A stretch of 64,000 nt of DNA. It comes from Thermodesulfobacteriota bacterium. GTDB lineage: Bacteria > Desulfobacterota_D > UBA1144 > Nemesobacterales > UBA2774. Under the pieces are notes generated by a model. It was not told where the DNA came from. It saw only the letters and a list, made by a program, of their open reading frames with translations, and ran no database searches. Each line of letters begins with the position of its first letter. Position 1 is the stretch's first letter. The stretch is taken from positions 704,001-768,000 of the forward strand of contig OZ244991.1 of assembly GCA_965223335.1 (NCBI GenBank), read 5' to 3'. The position numbers were made by a program, and so were the translations under genes. Shown here one piece after another: positions 1 through 8,262 of the stretch.

Positions 1-168
1 TCTATTCCCCTCGGCCATAGCCTGTGCGGTAAATGCGTAATACACCTCGTCAAAGTAATAGATTTCGGGCACTTCGAGGCGGTGTAGTCTTATAAAAAAA
101 CTAAACACCAAAAGCACAATTAGAATAATCTCGACTTTATAATTTTTTATATAGGTGAGCTCGGGCAT
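1..168 (-). CDS. Partial (5' end) PMT/ArnT-like GT-C glycosyltransferase, protein O-mannosyltransferase-like
   Basis: Not in the ORF track. Manual translation from ATG at 168 gives MPELTYIKNYKVEIILIVLLVFSFFIRLHRLEVPEIYYFDEVYYAFTAQAMAEGNR, an N-terminal TM helix followed by the FDE.YY motif typical of the PMT first loop. Runs off the window edge. Confidence 0.7.
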   Translation of the reverse strand, partial: MPELTYIKNYKVEIILIVLLVFSFFIRLHRLEVPEIYYFDEVYYAFTAQAMAEGNR

Positions 169-175
169 AGGTAGG

Positions 176-1525
176 TTAGTCCGTAGATAATCTGAATTTG
201 TGTTTCCCGCCGCTTATAATCCCCACATTCTTTAGATAGTCGTAGAGCAACACAACGAAAATCATAAACAGCATCATAAACATCGTAACCTTCGACACAC
301 GGTTAATAGTTAACGGAATGCCTGAGTATGAAGTTGTCAGCTGAACGTACGAGTAAAACATGTTGTACACGTAAACCAAGGAGAGAGTAGCATATAAAGC
401 CCAGTTTATCCAAGAGCTAAACGCGATTATGCTAAGGAATACCAGCGTGGGCAGGAGATGGCGTTCATGAGCGCGTGTGACAAAGAGAAACATTGCAAAA
501 AAGATTAATGTTATTGCCTGAAAGACTACGTATCTGGTTTCCCTGGAGAACTTAAACCCGCTACGGAATATATATAGTACAAAAGATACGCCGACCAATG
601 CGTATGCGAGTCCGAAAGCCACAGTGCCCCAATTACGGTAACTTAACCCCGCAAACACCACGTCGTCCCGCTCCCACATTGCCACAGCACCCCAGAAATT
701 AAACGCGTTTACTGAAGCATACTGATACTGCTCATAAGCCGTATCAAACCTGGCTTTTATGAGTGCTACGGGCTCTGTGAATATACTAAGCGGTGTTACG
801 AGCTCGCCCCATATATAGGGCAGTGATACGAGTATTGACGTCGAAACCGCAGCGATTAATACCATGGCTACCGGGCGGAAATCACTAGGTCCTATCTTTG
901 CGGTCGAACCACTAAAGACAGATTTAATTATAGGCAATATAGATAAAAACCCGATTATTGGAAACACTACTATGCTCTGGGGTTTTATCATAAACGCCAG
1001 TGCCGCAAACACCCCCGCTACAAAATACCACCTGCCCAACACAGCTAACACAGCTATCAAAAGAGGGAGCGAATGGACGGAATCCACCTGGCCCCAAAAC
1101 GTTGAGTTCGATAACACCGCGGGGTTAAACAGATAGATCACGGACCATATCAAAGCGTTTCGATACGAACTCATGCAGCTAACGGCATAGAAGATGGCAA
1201 CACAAATGCCTATGTCCGCAAGGTTAGCGGGCAGTTTAAAAAGTATGTCTACGGGTATTAAGGGGACAATCTCGTGTATTTTGTGGAGTCCCCACAAAGC
1301 ATATAGATACCCGGGCATGTAGTCGCACCAATAACTCTTATAGAAGTCGGCGAATCCGCCTTGGGCTATCCACGAGCCCCATCCCCTCCATGTATCGAAA
1401 TCGGGCTGGTATGTAAGGTATTGGGATAAAAATATTCTAAGGGCTAACCCCGCTAGCAATACTACCGCGAGTGTTCCATACGGTCGTTTTGACTCAGCAA
1501 TATTCTCATTCGCCCCTAAGCTCAT
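176..1525 (-). CDS. Multi-pass GT-C membrane glycosyltransferase (mannosyltransferase-like)
   Basis: Many TM helices. Motifs PDFDTW..W, CDYMPGYLY, KLPANLAD, WGQVDS, IKPQ, SVNAFNFW, HERH. Confidence 0.75.
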   Translation of the reverse strand: MSLGANENIAESKRPYGTLAVVLLAGLALRIFLSQYLTYQPDFDTWRGWGSWIAQGGFADFYKSYWCDYMPGYLYALWGLHKIHEIVPLIPVDILFKLPANLADIGICVAIFYAVSCMSSYRNALIWSVIYLFNPAVLSNSTFWGQVDSVHSLPLLIAVLAVLGRWYFVAGVFAALAFMIKPQSIVVFPIIGFLSILPIIKSVFSGSTAKIGPSDFRPVAMVLIAAVSTSILVSLPYIWGELVTPLSIFTEPVALIKARFDTAYEQYQYASVNAFNFWGAVAMWERDDVVFAGLSYRNWGTVAFGLAYALVGVSFVLYIFRSGFKFSRETRYVVFQAITLIFFAMFLFVTRAHERHLLPTLVFLSIIAFSSWINWALYATLSLVYVYNMFYSYVQLTTSYSGIPLTINRVSKVTMFMMLFMIFVVLLYDYLKNVGIISGGKHKFRLSTD

Positions 1526-2210
1526 TTCTAAGTTTCCACGATTCTTTAAACATCCTTAATATAACATGTAAATTCGCGCCGGATTGCTCACCGAACTGGC
1601 GCGGGAAGTGCCTGACCCCAACCTCATGCAGTCTGTACCCGTTTCTCTTTAGCTTTATCAAGAACTCGGCGCTAAATAGTGCCCCGCCGGCTTTAATAGG
1701 TTTTATTACTTTGTACGCTGCATTAGGAAAGATCTTAAATGCACAGTCTATATCCCTCACACTGAGACCGAACATAACGTTTATATACTGCTGATACATC
1801 CATGCGTTTAGTAGCCTTATAAACGAGTCGGCCCTGTTTTCACGGTAGCCGATAACAACGTTTTTGCTGTCGATGTAGGGCTTCAGTCGATCGATGTCAG
1901 TAACATCAAACTGCCCGTCACTGTCCATAAAAAAAATGTAGTCGAGTCTGGCGGCATCAAACCCGCTTCGAAGTGCTGAGCCATACCCCTGATTAACCTC
2001 GTGGTTGACCAGCACTATGTTTTTATTCGATTGTATAAGCCCCTCGACCACGCTCTTTGTATTATCCCCCGAGCCGTCGTTTACAACAATCACCTCATAT
2101 TTGTCACAGCTCTTTTCCATGTACTCGACACAATCACCCACAGTCGTAGCGATGTTTTCTTCCTCGTTATGTGCCGGGAGAACAGTGGAAAGGCGTAGTT
2201 TGGTTTCCAT
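1506..2210 (-). CDS. GT2 glycosyltransferase, polyprenol-phosphate sugar synthase (DPM1-like)
   Basis: Motifs PAHNEE, VNDGSGD, NQGYGSAL, MDSDGQF, DIDCAFK. Confidence 0.85.
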   Translation of the reverse strand: METKLRLSTVLPAHNEEENIATTVGDCVEYMEKSCDKYEVIVVNDGSGDNTKSVVEGLIQSNKNIVLVNHEVNQGYGSALRSGFDAARLDYIFFMDSDGQFDVTDIDRLKPYIDSKNVVIGYRENRADSFIRLLNAWMYQQYINVMFGLSVRDIDCAFKIFPNAAYKVIKPIKAGGALFSAEFLIKLKRNGYRLHEVGVRHFPRQFGEQSGANLHVILRMFKESWKLRNELRGE

Positions 2211-2246
2211 TTAACTAGTCGGCTTACCCAAAGTACAGGGTTTAGT

Positions 2247-3767
2247 CTATGTGGACGGTTTTATCTTACAACCGGTTTCCGATATTGTGTAATATTTTGA
2301 CTCCGCTGCAGAAACACCCTCGAATGAACACTCTTTTCCATTAGCGAGCTTAACCACAATATCGGCTTTTGTTTCATCTCCCAATCCGAAGTAAACGGGC
2401 AGCATATCCTGCTCACAACCTCCGCGCCCACCCGAGACCTCTCTTATCTGCAAACCCCCCTTCTTGGTAGTGAGCTCTACCCGCGCACCTATGGCGGATT
2501 TGTTCGTGTTCTTTCCGTCCCCCTCTATCTCTAGGGTGAGTGAGTTGTTTTTATTACCGTTGTTATGCATAAGACCATTACCTATATGACCGTTCAGAAA
2601 AGCGTCCAGGAACCCATCTCTGTCATAGTCCGCCCAAGTAGCTGAGAACACGTCTATGGGCTTGTCAATTCCCGCCTCGGTTGCAACATCCTGGAATTTC
2701 CCGTCCCCTTTATTCCAAAACAGCTTGTTGGGGTGTAAGTGGTTGGTGGTAAAAATATCGACCCTACCGTCCGCATCGTAATCTATCCACGCACAGGTCC
2801 TGCCGTCCCCTATATCAGTGGCTCCCGACTCCTCGGTAATATCCGTAAAAGTACCGTCCTTGTTGTTGCTATAGAGCACATTGCGCTTGGCCCTGCCAAT
2901 GTTTGTGACGTATAAGTCCATGTAGCCGTCACCGTTATAATCCCCTACACAACCCGATGTCGAGCGCCAAGTCTCGTCGCCGCTTAAGCCCGATTTTTCG
3001 GTTGCGTCAGTAAAAGTGCCGTCACCGTTATTTACAAAAAATTTGTTAGGCCCTCTCATGGCTATAAACAGATCGGGGCGGCCGTTGTTATTGTGGTCAA
3101 ACCACACTGCACCCTTTACATTGCCCGAGATGTTTAGACCCGCCTCTTCCGATGCAAAAGTAAAAGTGCCGTCGCCGTTGTTGCTGTAGAGGTAAGAGTT
3201 GCCGCGGCTGGCCTGGAATAGGTCAACATGACCGTCTGAGTTGTAATCGGCCCAGATTGCATGGCTCGCCGTGCCGCCCTCTTTGGTCACCCCTGCGTCC
3301 TCAGACACGTCCTCAAACGTAACACCGTCTCTGTTCTTAAATATTGCCGCCGGCAGCCCTGCCGACATCGTACCCACAGCAAGGTCAAGTGTGCCGTTAT
3401 TGTCATAGTCCGCCCAGGCACCGCTCCTAAACTTAATGTCCGATAACCCTGCAACTTCCCCTTCGTCTGTAAATTTAGTACCCTTATCGCTCTTGAACAA
3501 GAGCACCTTCGAGCGCTTGCCCTTGTTGCTCCTCCGCCTGTGATCAAATGCAAAATCTATGTTGGACAGTATCAGATCCTGCCAACCGTCGTTGTTATAG
3601 TCGCCCCACACCGCACTCTGCCCGATCTTGCCCAGGTTGTTCATACCCACATCGGCCTTGGCATCTGTAAACGTAGTAATATCTTCTGCTGATTCAACAG
3701 GTGAGACACTCGTCAATACTAATAACAATGGTAAAAACAAAAGTTTTGTGAAATGGGAGTTAATCAA
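2247..3767 (-). CDS. Secreted FG-GAP repeat / ASPIC-UnbV (CRTAC1-like) protein
   Basis: Signal peptide. Repeated W.DY..DG..DL and N.GDGTFTD motifs. C-terminal AIGARV...REVSGGRG...YFGLG (UnbV-like). Confidence 0.85.
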   Translation of the reverse strand: MINSHFTKLLFLPLLLVLTSVSPVESAEDITTFTDAKADVGMNNLGKIGQSAVWGDYNNDGWQDLILSNIDFAFDHRRRSNKGKRSKVLLFKSDKGTKFTDEGEVAGLSDIKFRSGAWADYDNNGTLDLAVGTMSAGLPAAIFKNRDGVTFEDVSEDAGVTKEGGTASHAIWADYNSDGHVDLFQASRGNSYLYSNNGDGTFTFASEEAGLNISGNVKGAVWFDHNNNGRPDLFIAMRGPNKFFVNNGDGTFTDATEKSGLSGDETWRSTSGCVGDYNGDGYMDLYVTNIGRAKRNVLYSNNKDGTFTDITEESGATDIGDGRTCAWIDYDADGRVDIFTTNHLHPNKLFWNKGDGKFQDVATEAGIDKPIDVFSATWADYDRDGFLDAFLNGHIGNGLMHNNGNKNNSLTLEIEGDGKNTNKSAIGARVELTTKKGGLQIREVSGGRGGCEQDMLPVYFGLGDETKADIVVKLANGKECSFEGVSAAESKYYTISETGCKIKPST

Positions 3768-3771
3768 GGTA

Positions 3772-5424
3772 TTAACCCTTTTTAAGACTCTCTATAAGTT
3801 TATCGCCAGCTCTTAGGCTAAGCGCTTCTATGGTTAGAGACGGGGCCTCTCCTCCACCTGATGTGGGGAACACACTTGCATCAGTTACCAGCAGGTTTGG
3901 TATATCGTGGCAACGAAGCGAACTGTTTACAAATGATGTTTCGGGATCATTACCCATGCGGCAGGTACCGAATACGTGTGTGGCCAAAAACAGGTCGTAA
4001 GCCGATATTTGCTCGACAAAATCCTTTGCTCCTGTGGCCTCGAGAATCTCTTTACATTTCTTAGCCATAAACTGCAGACTCTTTAGCTCAGCATCACCCA
4101 GGTATGATTGGATCTTGGCTACCGGGAACCCAAACCTGTCTTTCATTTTGTCGTCCACGGTAACAAACGATTTCTCATTCGGTAAGAACTCTGCCAGCCC
4201 GCCCATGGATATTGCATGACCGAACCACTTCTCTACGCCCTTTACTAGATCCTCTCCCCAGCCCTCTATAAACCGCTGGGCATAGCTCACAGGCCCGCTA
4301 GCACCACCGCTGGTGGTATAGAGTCTAAGACCCCCGGCGAACCCAAGCTTTTTGGGGTCGGGTTTGTTCCATTTCCAGACTATACCGTCAATGGGTATAC
4401 CCCTGTACCGGTCGAGCCTATCGGGGTGAAACGCCGTAATATCATAAAACACGGTCTCCATAAAGTTTTTACCTACAATACCGTTACCTGTGATTTCAGA
4501 GTTGAGCAGAAGCCTTGGGGTCTGGACTGCACCGCACGCAAGCGCAATGTAATCGGCCTCTACAAAGTTCTTTTTGCCGTCTTTATCGTAGTACTCGACA
4601 CCTTTGACACTTTTACCCTTAGCCGTTTTTTCGACTTCAAGCCGTGTGACAAAAGCCTCGGTTACAAACTCGCATTTCCCCGTGTCCTCAGCTAACGGAA
4701 CAAACGTAACATCAACACTGCCCTTATCCCTTCTGGGACAGCCGTACACACACCCGTTGCAATAGTTGCAAGACGGTGTGTCCCTGTAGAGCTCGGATAG
4801 TATTGCTACGGGGTTATGATCCAGCTCTATATCCATAGTACTGCATGCTTTTTTTATCTTTTCGGATGCGTAAGTGAACTTGTGGGGTTTAAGTGGGAAT
4901 GGAGAACTGCGCGGTCTAAAAGGCACGGATTTAGGCCCGGCGACTCCTATTATTTTTTCCGCCTCGGCATAATAGGGCTCCAGGTCTTTATATGTAATGG
5001 GCCAATCCACCGCCACACCATAGAGGCTTTTCATCTTAAACGCATCTTCGCTAAGGCGGTGTGCCTCGCCCTGGAAGTGAAGTGTTGTCCCACCCACTCC
5101 CAGTACCTGCTGATAACTCAGATACCTTCTTTGGTCTTTACGGTTTAGATCTCCGTTGGACTTGTTCCAGGATTTAAGCGATTCGTACTTGGGGTCCAGT
5201 TCCTGCTCGTCCCCGAAAGCATTCTGCATTCTTGTTTTGTACGGAAAGCCCTTTATCTCCCAGTCGTCTTTATCCAGGGGATAATCTTTTAGGGGATCAT
5301 AGCGTACCCCGGCCTCTAGAATTAACACATCCATACCGCTTGATGCGAGTTTCCAAGCCAGTGGTGATCCGCCCGGTCCCGAGCCCACTATGATGCAATC
5401 GTATCTCTTCTGGTTTTTCGGCAT
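3772..5424 (-). CDS. GMC family flavoprotein oxidoreductase
   Basis: GSGPGG FAD motif, VGGTTLHF, CNYCNGCVYGC Cys cluster, THVFGTCRMG, DASVFPT, PSLTIEAL. Confidence 0.9.
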   Translation of the reverse strand: MPKNQKRYDCIIVGSGPGGSPLAWKLASSGMDVLILEAGVRYDPLKDYPLDKDDWEIKGFPYKTRMQNAFGDEQELDPKYESLKSWNKSNGDLNRKDQRRYLSYQQVLGVGGTTLHFQGEAHRLSEDAFKMKSLYGVAVDWPITYKDLEPYYAEAEKIIGVAGPKSVPFRPRSSPFPLKPHKFTYASEKIKKACSTMDIELDHNPVAILSELYRDTPSCNYCNGCVYGCPRRDKGSVDVTFVPLAEDTGKCEFVTEAFVTRLEVEKTAKGKSVKGVEYYDKDGKKNFVEADYIALACGAVQTPRLLLNSEITGNGIVGKNFMETVFYDITAFHPDRLDRYRGIPIDGIVWKWNKPDPKKLGFAGGLRLYTTSGGASGPVSYAQRFIEGWGEDLVKGVEKWFGHAISMGGLAEFLPNEKSFVTVDDKMKDRFGFPVAKIQSYLGDAELKSLQFMAKKCKEILEATGAKDFVEQISAYDLFLATHVFGTCRMGNDPETSFVNSSLRCHDIPNLLVTDASVFPTSGGGEAPSLTIEALSLRAGDKLIESLKKG

Positions 5425-5439
5425 AAAGTTAAAATGTAC

Positions 5440-5468
5440 ACTATAAATAACCTATTGCATTATGTCAA
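5440..5468 (-). promoter_or_regulatory. sigma70-like promoter for the GMC operon
   Basis: Minus strand TTGACA-17 bp-TATAGT, 15 nt upstream of the ATG at 5424. Confidence 0.6.
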
Positions 5469-5525
5469 TTTATAAGTTATACATTTGCACGACACACAGA
5501 GAAACGGGTATTTTGGAGGGACTGA

Positions 5526-6359
5526 ATGAAAATTTTTCTGCCATTTTTATTACTTATTCCACTATTTATCTTCGGCTGTAAACAAACCGACACACCTGCG
5601 GAATCACCTAAGGAAGAATCTGCGGAAAACACTGAAAACACTACAAAAACCTCTAACGAAAACGCCAAAAAAGCAGCCCGCGGCACTGTACTAGCACGTG
5701 TAAACGGCGAGCCTATCTATAGCTCTGACCTGGGAGGAAGACCGCTTCAATACGCAATTAACGAAGAGATTCTGTATCAGGACGGCCTCAGAAGGGGCAT
5801 AGATAAAGAGCACGAAGATATGGTCAGGTCCTATAAGAGGAACCTGGTAATCCAGGCTGTCAAAAGAGACATACTGGACAACGCTCCCCCCTCAAAAGAG
5901 GTGTCCGATGAAGACATTGAGAACTACTACAATACAAACATCGATAAATACACATACCTTAGAGTAGAAGAGATAACGTTCCCCGAACAGGCACTGGGCG
6001 AGAAAATTATTGAGCGTGCCAGTAAAGGGGAGCCCCTGGACAAGATAGCCGCCGACCTTGCGGGATCGGGTGTTGCTGTAAACGACCTCGGATTCGATAA
6101 AAGACACTCGCACCTTTTCCCAAACAAAGAAACGGGGCAGTTAACCAAGGTCATTAGAAAACCCGACGGCAACTACTCGGTACTTAAAATACTTGAGGCA
6201 AGGCAAATGCCTATGCAAAACGCCAAACGCAGCATACAGCGGGCACTAGAGGCCCAAAAACGCGGGGACTCGTTCCAGACCTATGTGGATAAACTAATAG
6301 AAGAAAACAGTGTAGAGATAGAGATGGCTAAAGGAAATCAGCCTGCCGGTGCTAAATAG
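5526..6359 (+). CDS. Lipoprotein, PpiC/PrsA-like foldase (degenerate parvulin)
   Basis: Lipobox IFGC. VLARVNGEPI, EVSDEDIENYY, GEPL..IA, DLGF and YSVLKI fit a SurA/PrsA-type architecture. Confidence 0.65.
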   Translation: MKIFLPFLLLIPLFIFGCKQTDTPAESPKEESAENTENTTKTSNENAKKAARGTVLARVNGEPIYSSDLGGRPLQYAINEEILYQDGLRRGIDKEHEDMVRSYKRNLVIQAVKRDILDNAPPSKEVSDEDIENYYNTNIDKYTYLRVEEITFPEQALGEKIIERASKGEPLDKIAADLAGSGVAVNDLGFDKRHSHLFPNKETGQLTKVIRKPDGNYSVLKILEARQMPMQNAKRSIQRALEAQKRGDSFQTYVDKLIEENSVEIEMAKGNQPAGAK

Positions 6360-6899
6360 ATGGATAAATCCAGAAGAAACTTCCTAAAAACATTCTCACT
6401 AGGGGTTATCGGGGCCGAGGCCGCACTTAACCTTTCGCAACATGCCTATGCACAGTCCGAGGATCTAGCGGACGGCATAGAGGTCTATAAAGGCTATGTA
6501 GTGTTCAATAAACCGACCCAGCAAAACATGGTAGCCCTGGCAGAAGCTCTGGTACCGGGTTCAACCAAAATAGGCATACAAAAACACATCATGGGGATAG
6601 TATCCAAGGACCATGGACTAGCCAGTTTCCTTGATGCGGGGCTTTGGAACATAGAGGCGCTAGCGAGGCATAAATACAAAAAACCTTTTTACGAGCTAAC
6701 CAAGACCGAAGACAAAAACGCCATCATCAAACACATAAGTTACAGGAACAGGTCATTTTTCAAGAACTTCAAAACAATTGTGGTCAAATTTTACTATACT
6801 CAACCCGATGTATGGAAACAGATCTCCTATACAGGCCCTCCTCAACCCGTTGGCTACATGAACTACACCGAGCCACCCAAAGCAGCTAAGAAAGGCTGA
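6360..6899 (+). CDS. Tat-exported gluconate-2-dehydrogenase subunit 3-like protein
   Basis: Twin-arginine signal SRRNFLK...AYA. C-terminal FF......YYTQP.VW..ISY.GP motif. Confidence 0.7.
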   Translation: MDKSRRNFLKTFSLGVIGAEAALNLSQHAYAQSEDLADGIEVYKGYVVFNKPTQQNMVALAEALVPGSTKIGIQKHIMGIVSKDHGLASFLDAGLWNIEALARHKYKKPFYELTKTEDKNAIIKHISYRNRSFFKNFKTIVVKFYYTQPDVWKQISYTGPPQPVGYMNYTEPPKAAKKG

Positions 6900-8018
6900 T
6901 CACATGCCATACTTTGTAATCACCGACATTGTCTCTTTCACAAGCCCCTCTATATCCATTTTGCGCTCGAACTCGTTTACAATTCTTTGGTTTGTTTTAG
7001 TTTTGGGATGGGATGATACTATGGAACAGCAGTCTTTATAAGGGGCTATGGAGACTTCGTAACTCCCTATAATTTTTGCCAAATCTACTATCTCCTGCTT
7101 GTCATACGAGATCAAAGGCTGGAGCAATGGAATCGATACCGCTTCCTTCACCGCACTTATATTAGATAGCGTCTGTGATGCCACCTGCCCCAAACTGTCA
7201 CCCGTCACAAGTGCCTCGGCTTTTATGTTTTTAGCCAGCCTCTCTGCCACTCTAACCATGTATCTGCGAAATAGTATGAGTTCATAGCCCTTTACATCGC
7301 CCATCTTGAGCATACTCATCTCAAATAAATAATAAGGCACCAAATATAAGTTGGAGCTATGCTGATATAGATTGATTTTTTGTGTAATGTCCTTGATCTT
7401 CTCATTTATAGCTACCTCATTATCACTGAATACGTGGAAATGGATAAAGTCCACAGTGCAACCGCGCTTTAGCATCAGGTACGATGCCACCGGGGAATCT
7501 ATGCCGCCCGATAAAAGGCAGAGCACTCTGCCGCTTACCCCGACAGGAAAGCCCCCAAGCCCCTTAAAACGCTCAAAATATATGTAGACCTCTTCCGCTA
7601 TCTCTACATTGATCTCTAGATCCGGCTGTTTTAGATCCACATCGTGTCCATACTCATTTTTCACCGCATTACCGATCTCACACGCCGCGTCGACCGAATT
7701 CACTGGAAAGTCTTTATCGGCCCTCTTTACATATACACCAAATGTTTTGACCGAGTCTAATTTTGGGCCGGTCTCTCTAAGAACTACACTTTTTATAACA
7801 TCCAAAGACTTCTCGGTCTTAAGAGCTCGAGCATACCAAGAGATACCAAATACACTGTCCAACCGCTCCCACTCACCCCCGTCTAGCACCAATCTACCAC
7901 GGTACTTCTTCACAGACCCACCGGTAGCTTTCTGGATATTATCTATAAGCTTCCCCTCAAACAGACTCCTGTTTCTGCCCTTAAGCGATAGTTCTCCATA
8001 GTGAATTAGAGTGAGCAT
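6900..8018 (-). CDS. thiI: tRNA 4-thiouridine synthase ThiI (THUMP + PP-loop, no rhodanese domain)
   Basis: YGELSLKGRNR, LLSGGIDSPVA, TGDSLGQVASQTL, DKQEI, PYKDCC. Confidence 0.95.
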   Translation of the reverse strand: MLTLIHYGELSLKGRNRSLFEGKLIDNIQKATGGSVKKYRGRLVLDGGEWERLDSVFGISWYARALKTEKSLDVIKSVVLRETGPKLDSVKTFGVYVKRADKDFPVNSVDAACEIGNAVKNEYGHDVDLKQPDLEINVEIAEEVYIYFERFKGLGGFPVGVSGRVLCLLSGGIDSPVASYLMLKRGCTVDFIHFHVFSDNEVAINEKIKDITQKINLYQHSSNLYLVPYYLFEMSMLKMGDVKGYELILFRRYMVRVAERLAKNIKAEALVTGDSLGQVASQTLSNISAVKEAVSIPLLQPLISYDKQEIVDLAKIIGSYEVSIAPYKDCCSIVSSHPKTKTNQRIVNEFERKMDIEGLVKETMSVITKYGM

Positions 8019-8072
8019 ATCTCTCTCATCAGATAGAAATTATTCAATAATTATATCCAGTTAAAGCATAAT

Positions 8073-8116
8073 AAAAAAGGCCGAGCAAGTAATCTCTACT
8101 CACCCGGCCTTCTTTT
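8073..8116 (-). terminator. Intrinsic terminator T0 (array repeat family)
   Basis: GGCCG...CGGCC hairpin flanked by A and T tracts. Same family as 11437, 14818, 18068 and 21365. Confidence 0.75.
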
Positions 8117-8183
8117 AAATCTCTTTATTTAAGAGCAGAGTAGACAATTACTTACCTACCTTGCTCATGTTTTATTTATTACT

Positions 8184-8261
8184 CGGTCTTAGACCGCTGT
8201 CCCACGACCCCATTTTGTTCCTGCCTGTCGGTCGTGATAATGCTACTCCCTTGCGGTCCCC
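8184..8261. repeat. 78-bp structured insertion flanked by ATTACT direct repeats (copy 1)
   Basis: Nested inverted repeats GACCGC/GCGGTC and CACGACC/GGTCGTG. ATTACT at 8178-8183 and 8262-8267. Identical copy at 11550-11627. Confidence 0.55.
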
Positions 8262-8262
8262 A

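Noticed and set aside
8184..8261. yybP-ykoY (Mn) riboswitch
   Set aside because: Only the terminal words resemble the consensus. The P1 pairing is missing and the element sits directly at a stop codon.
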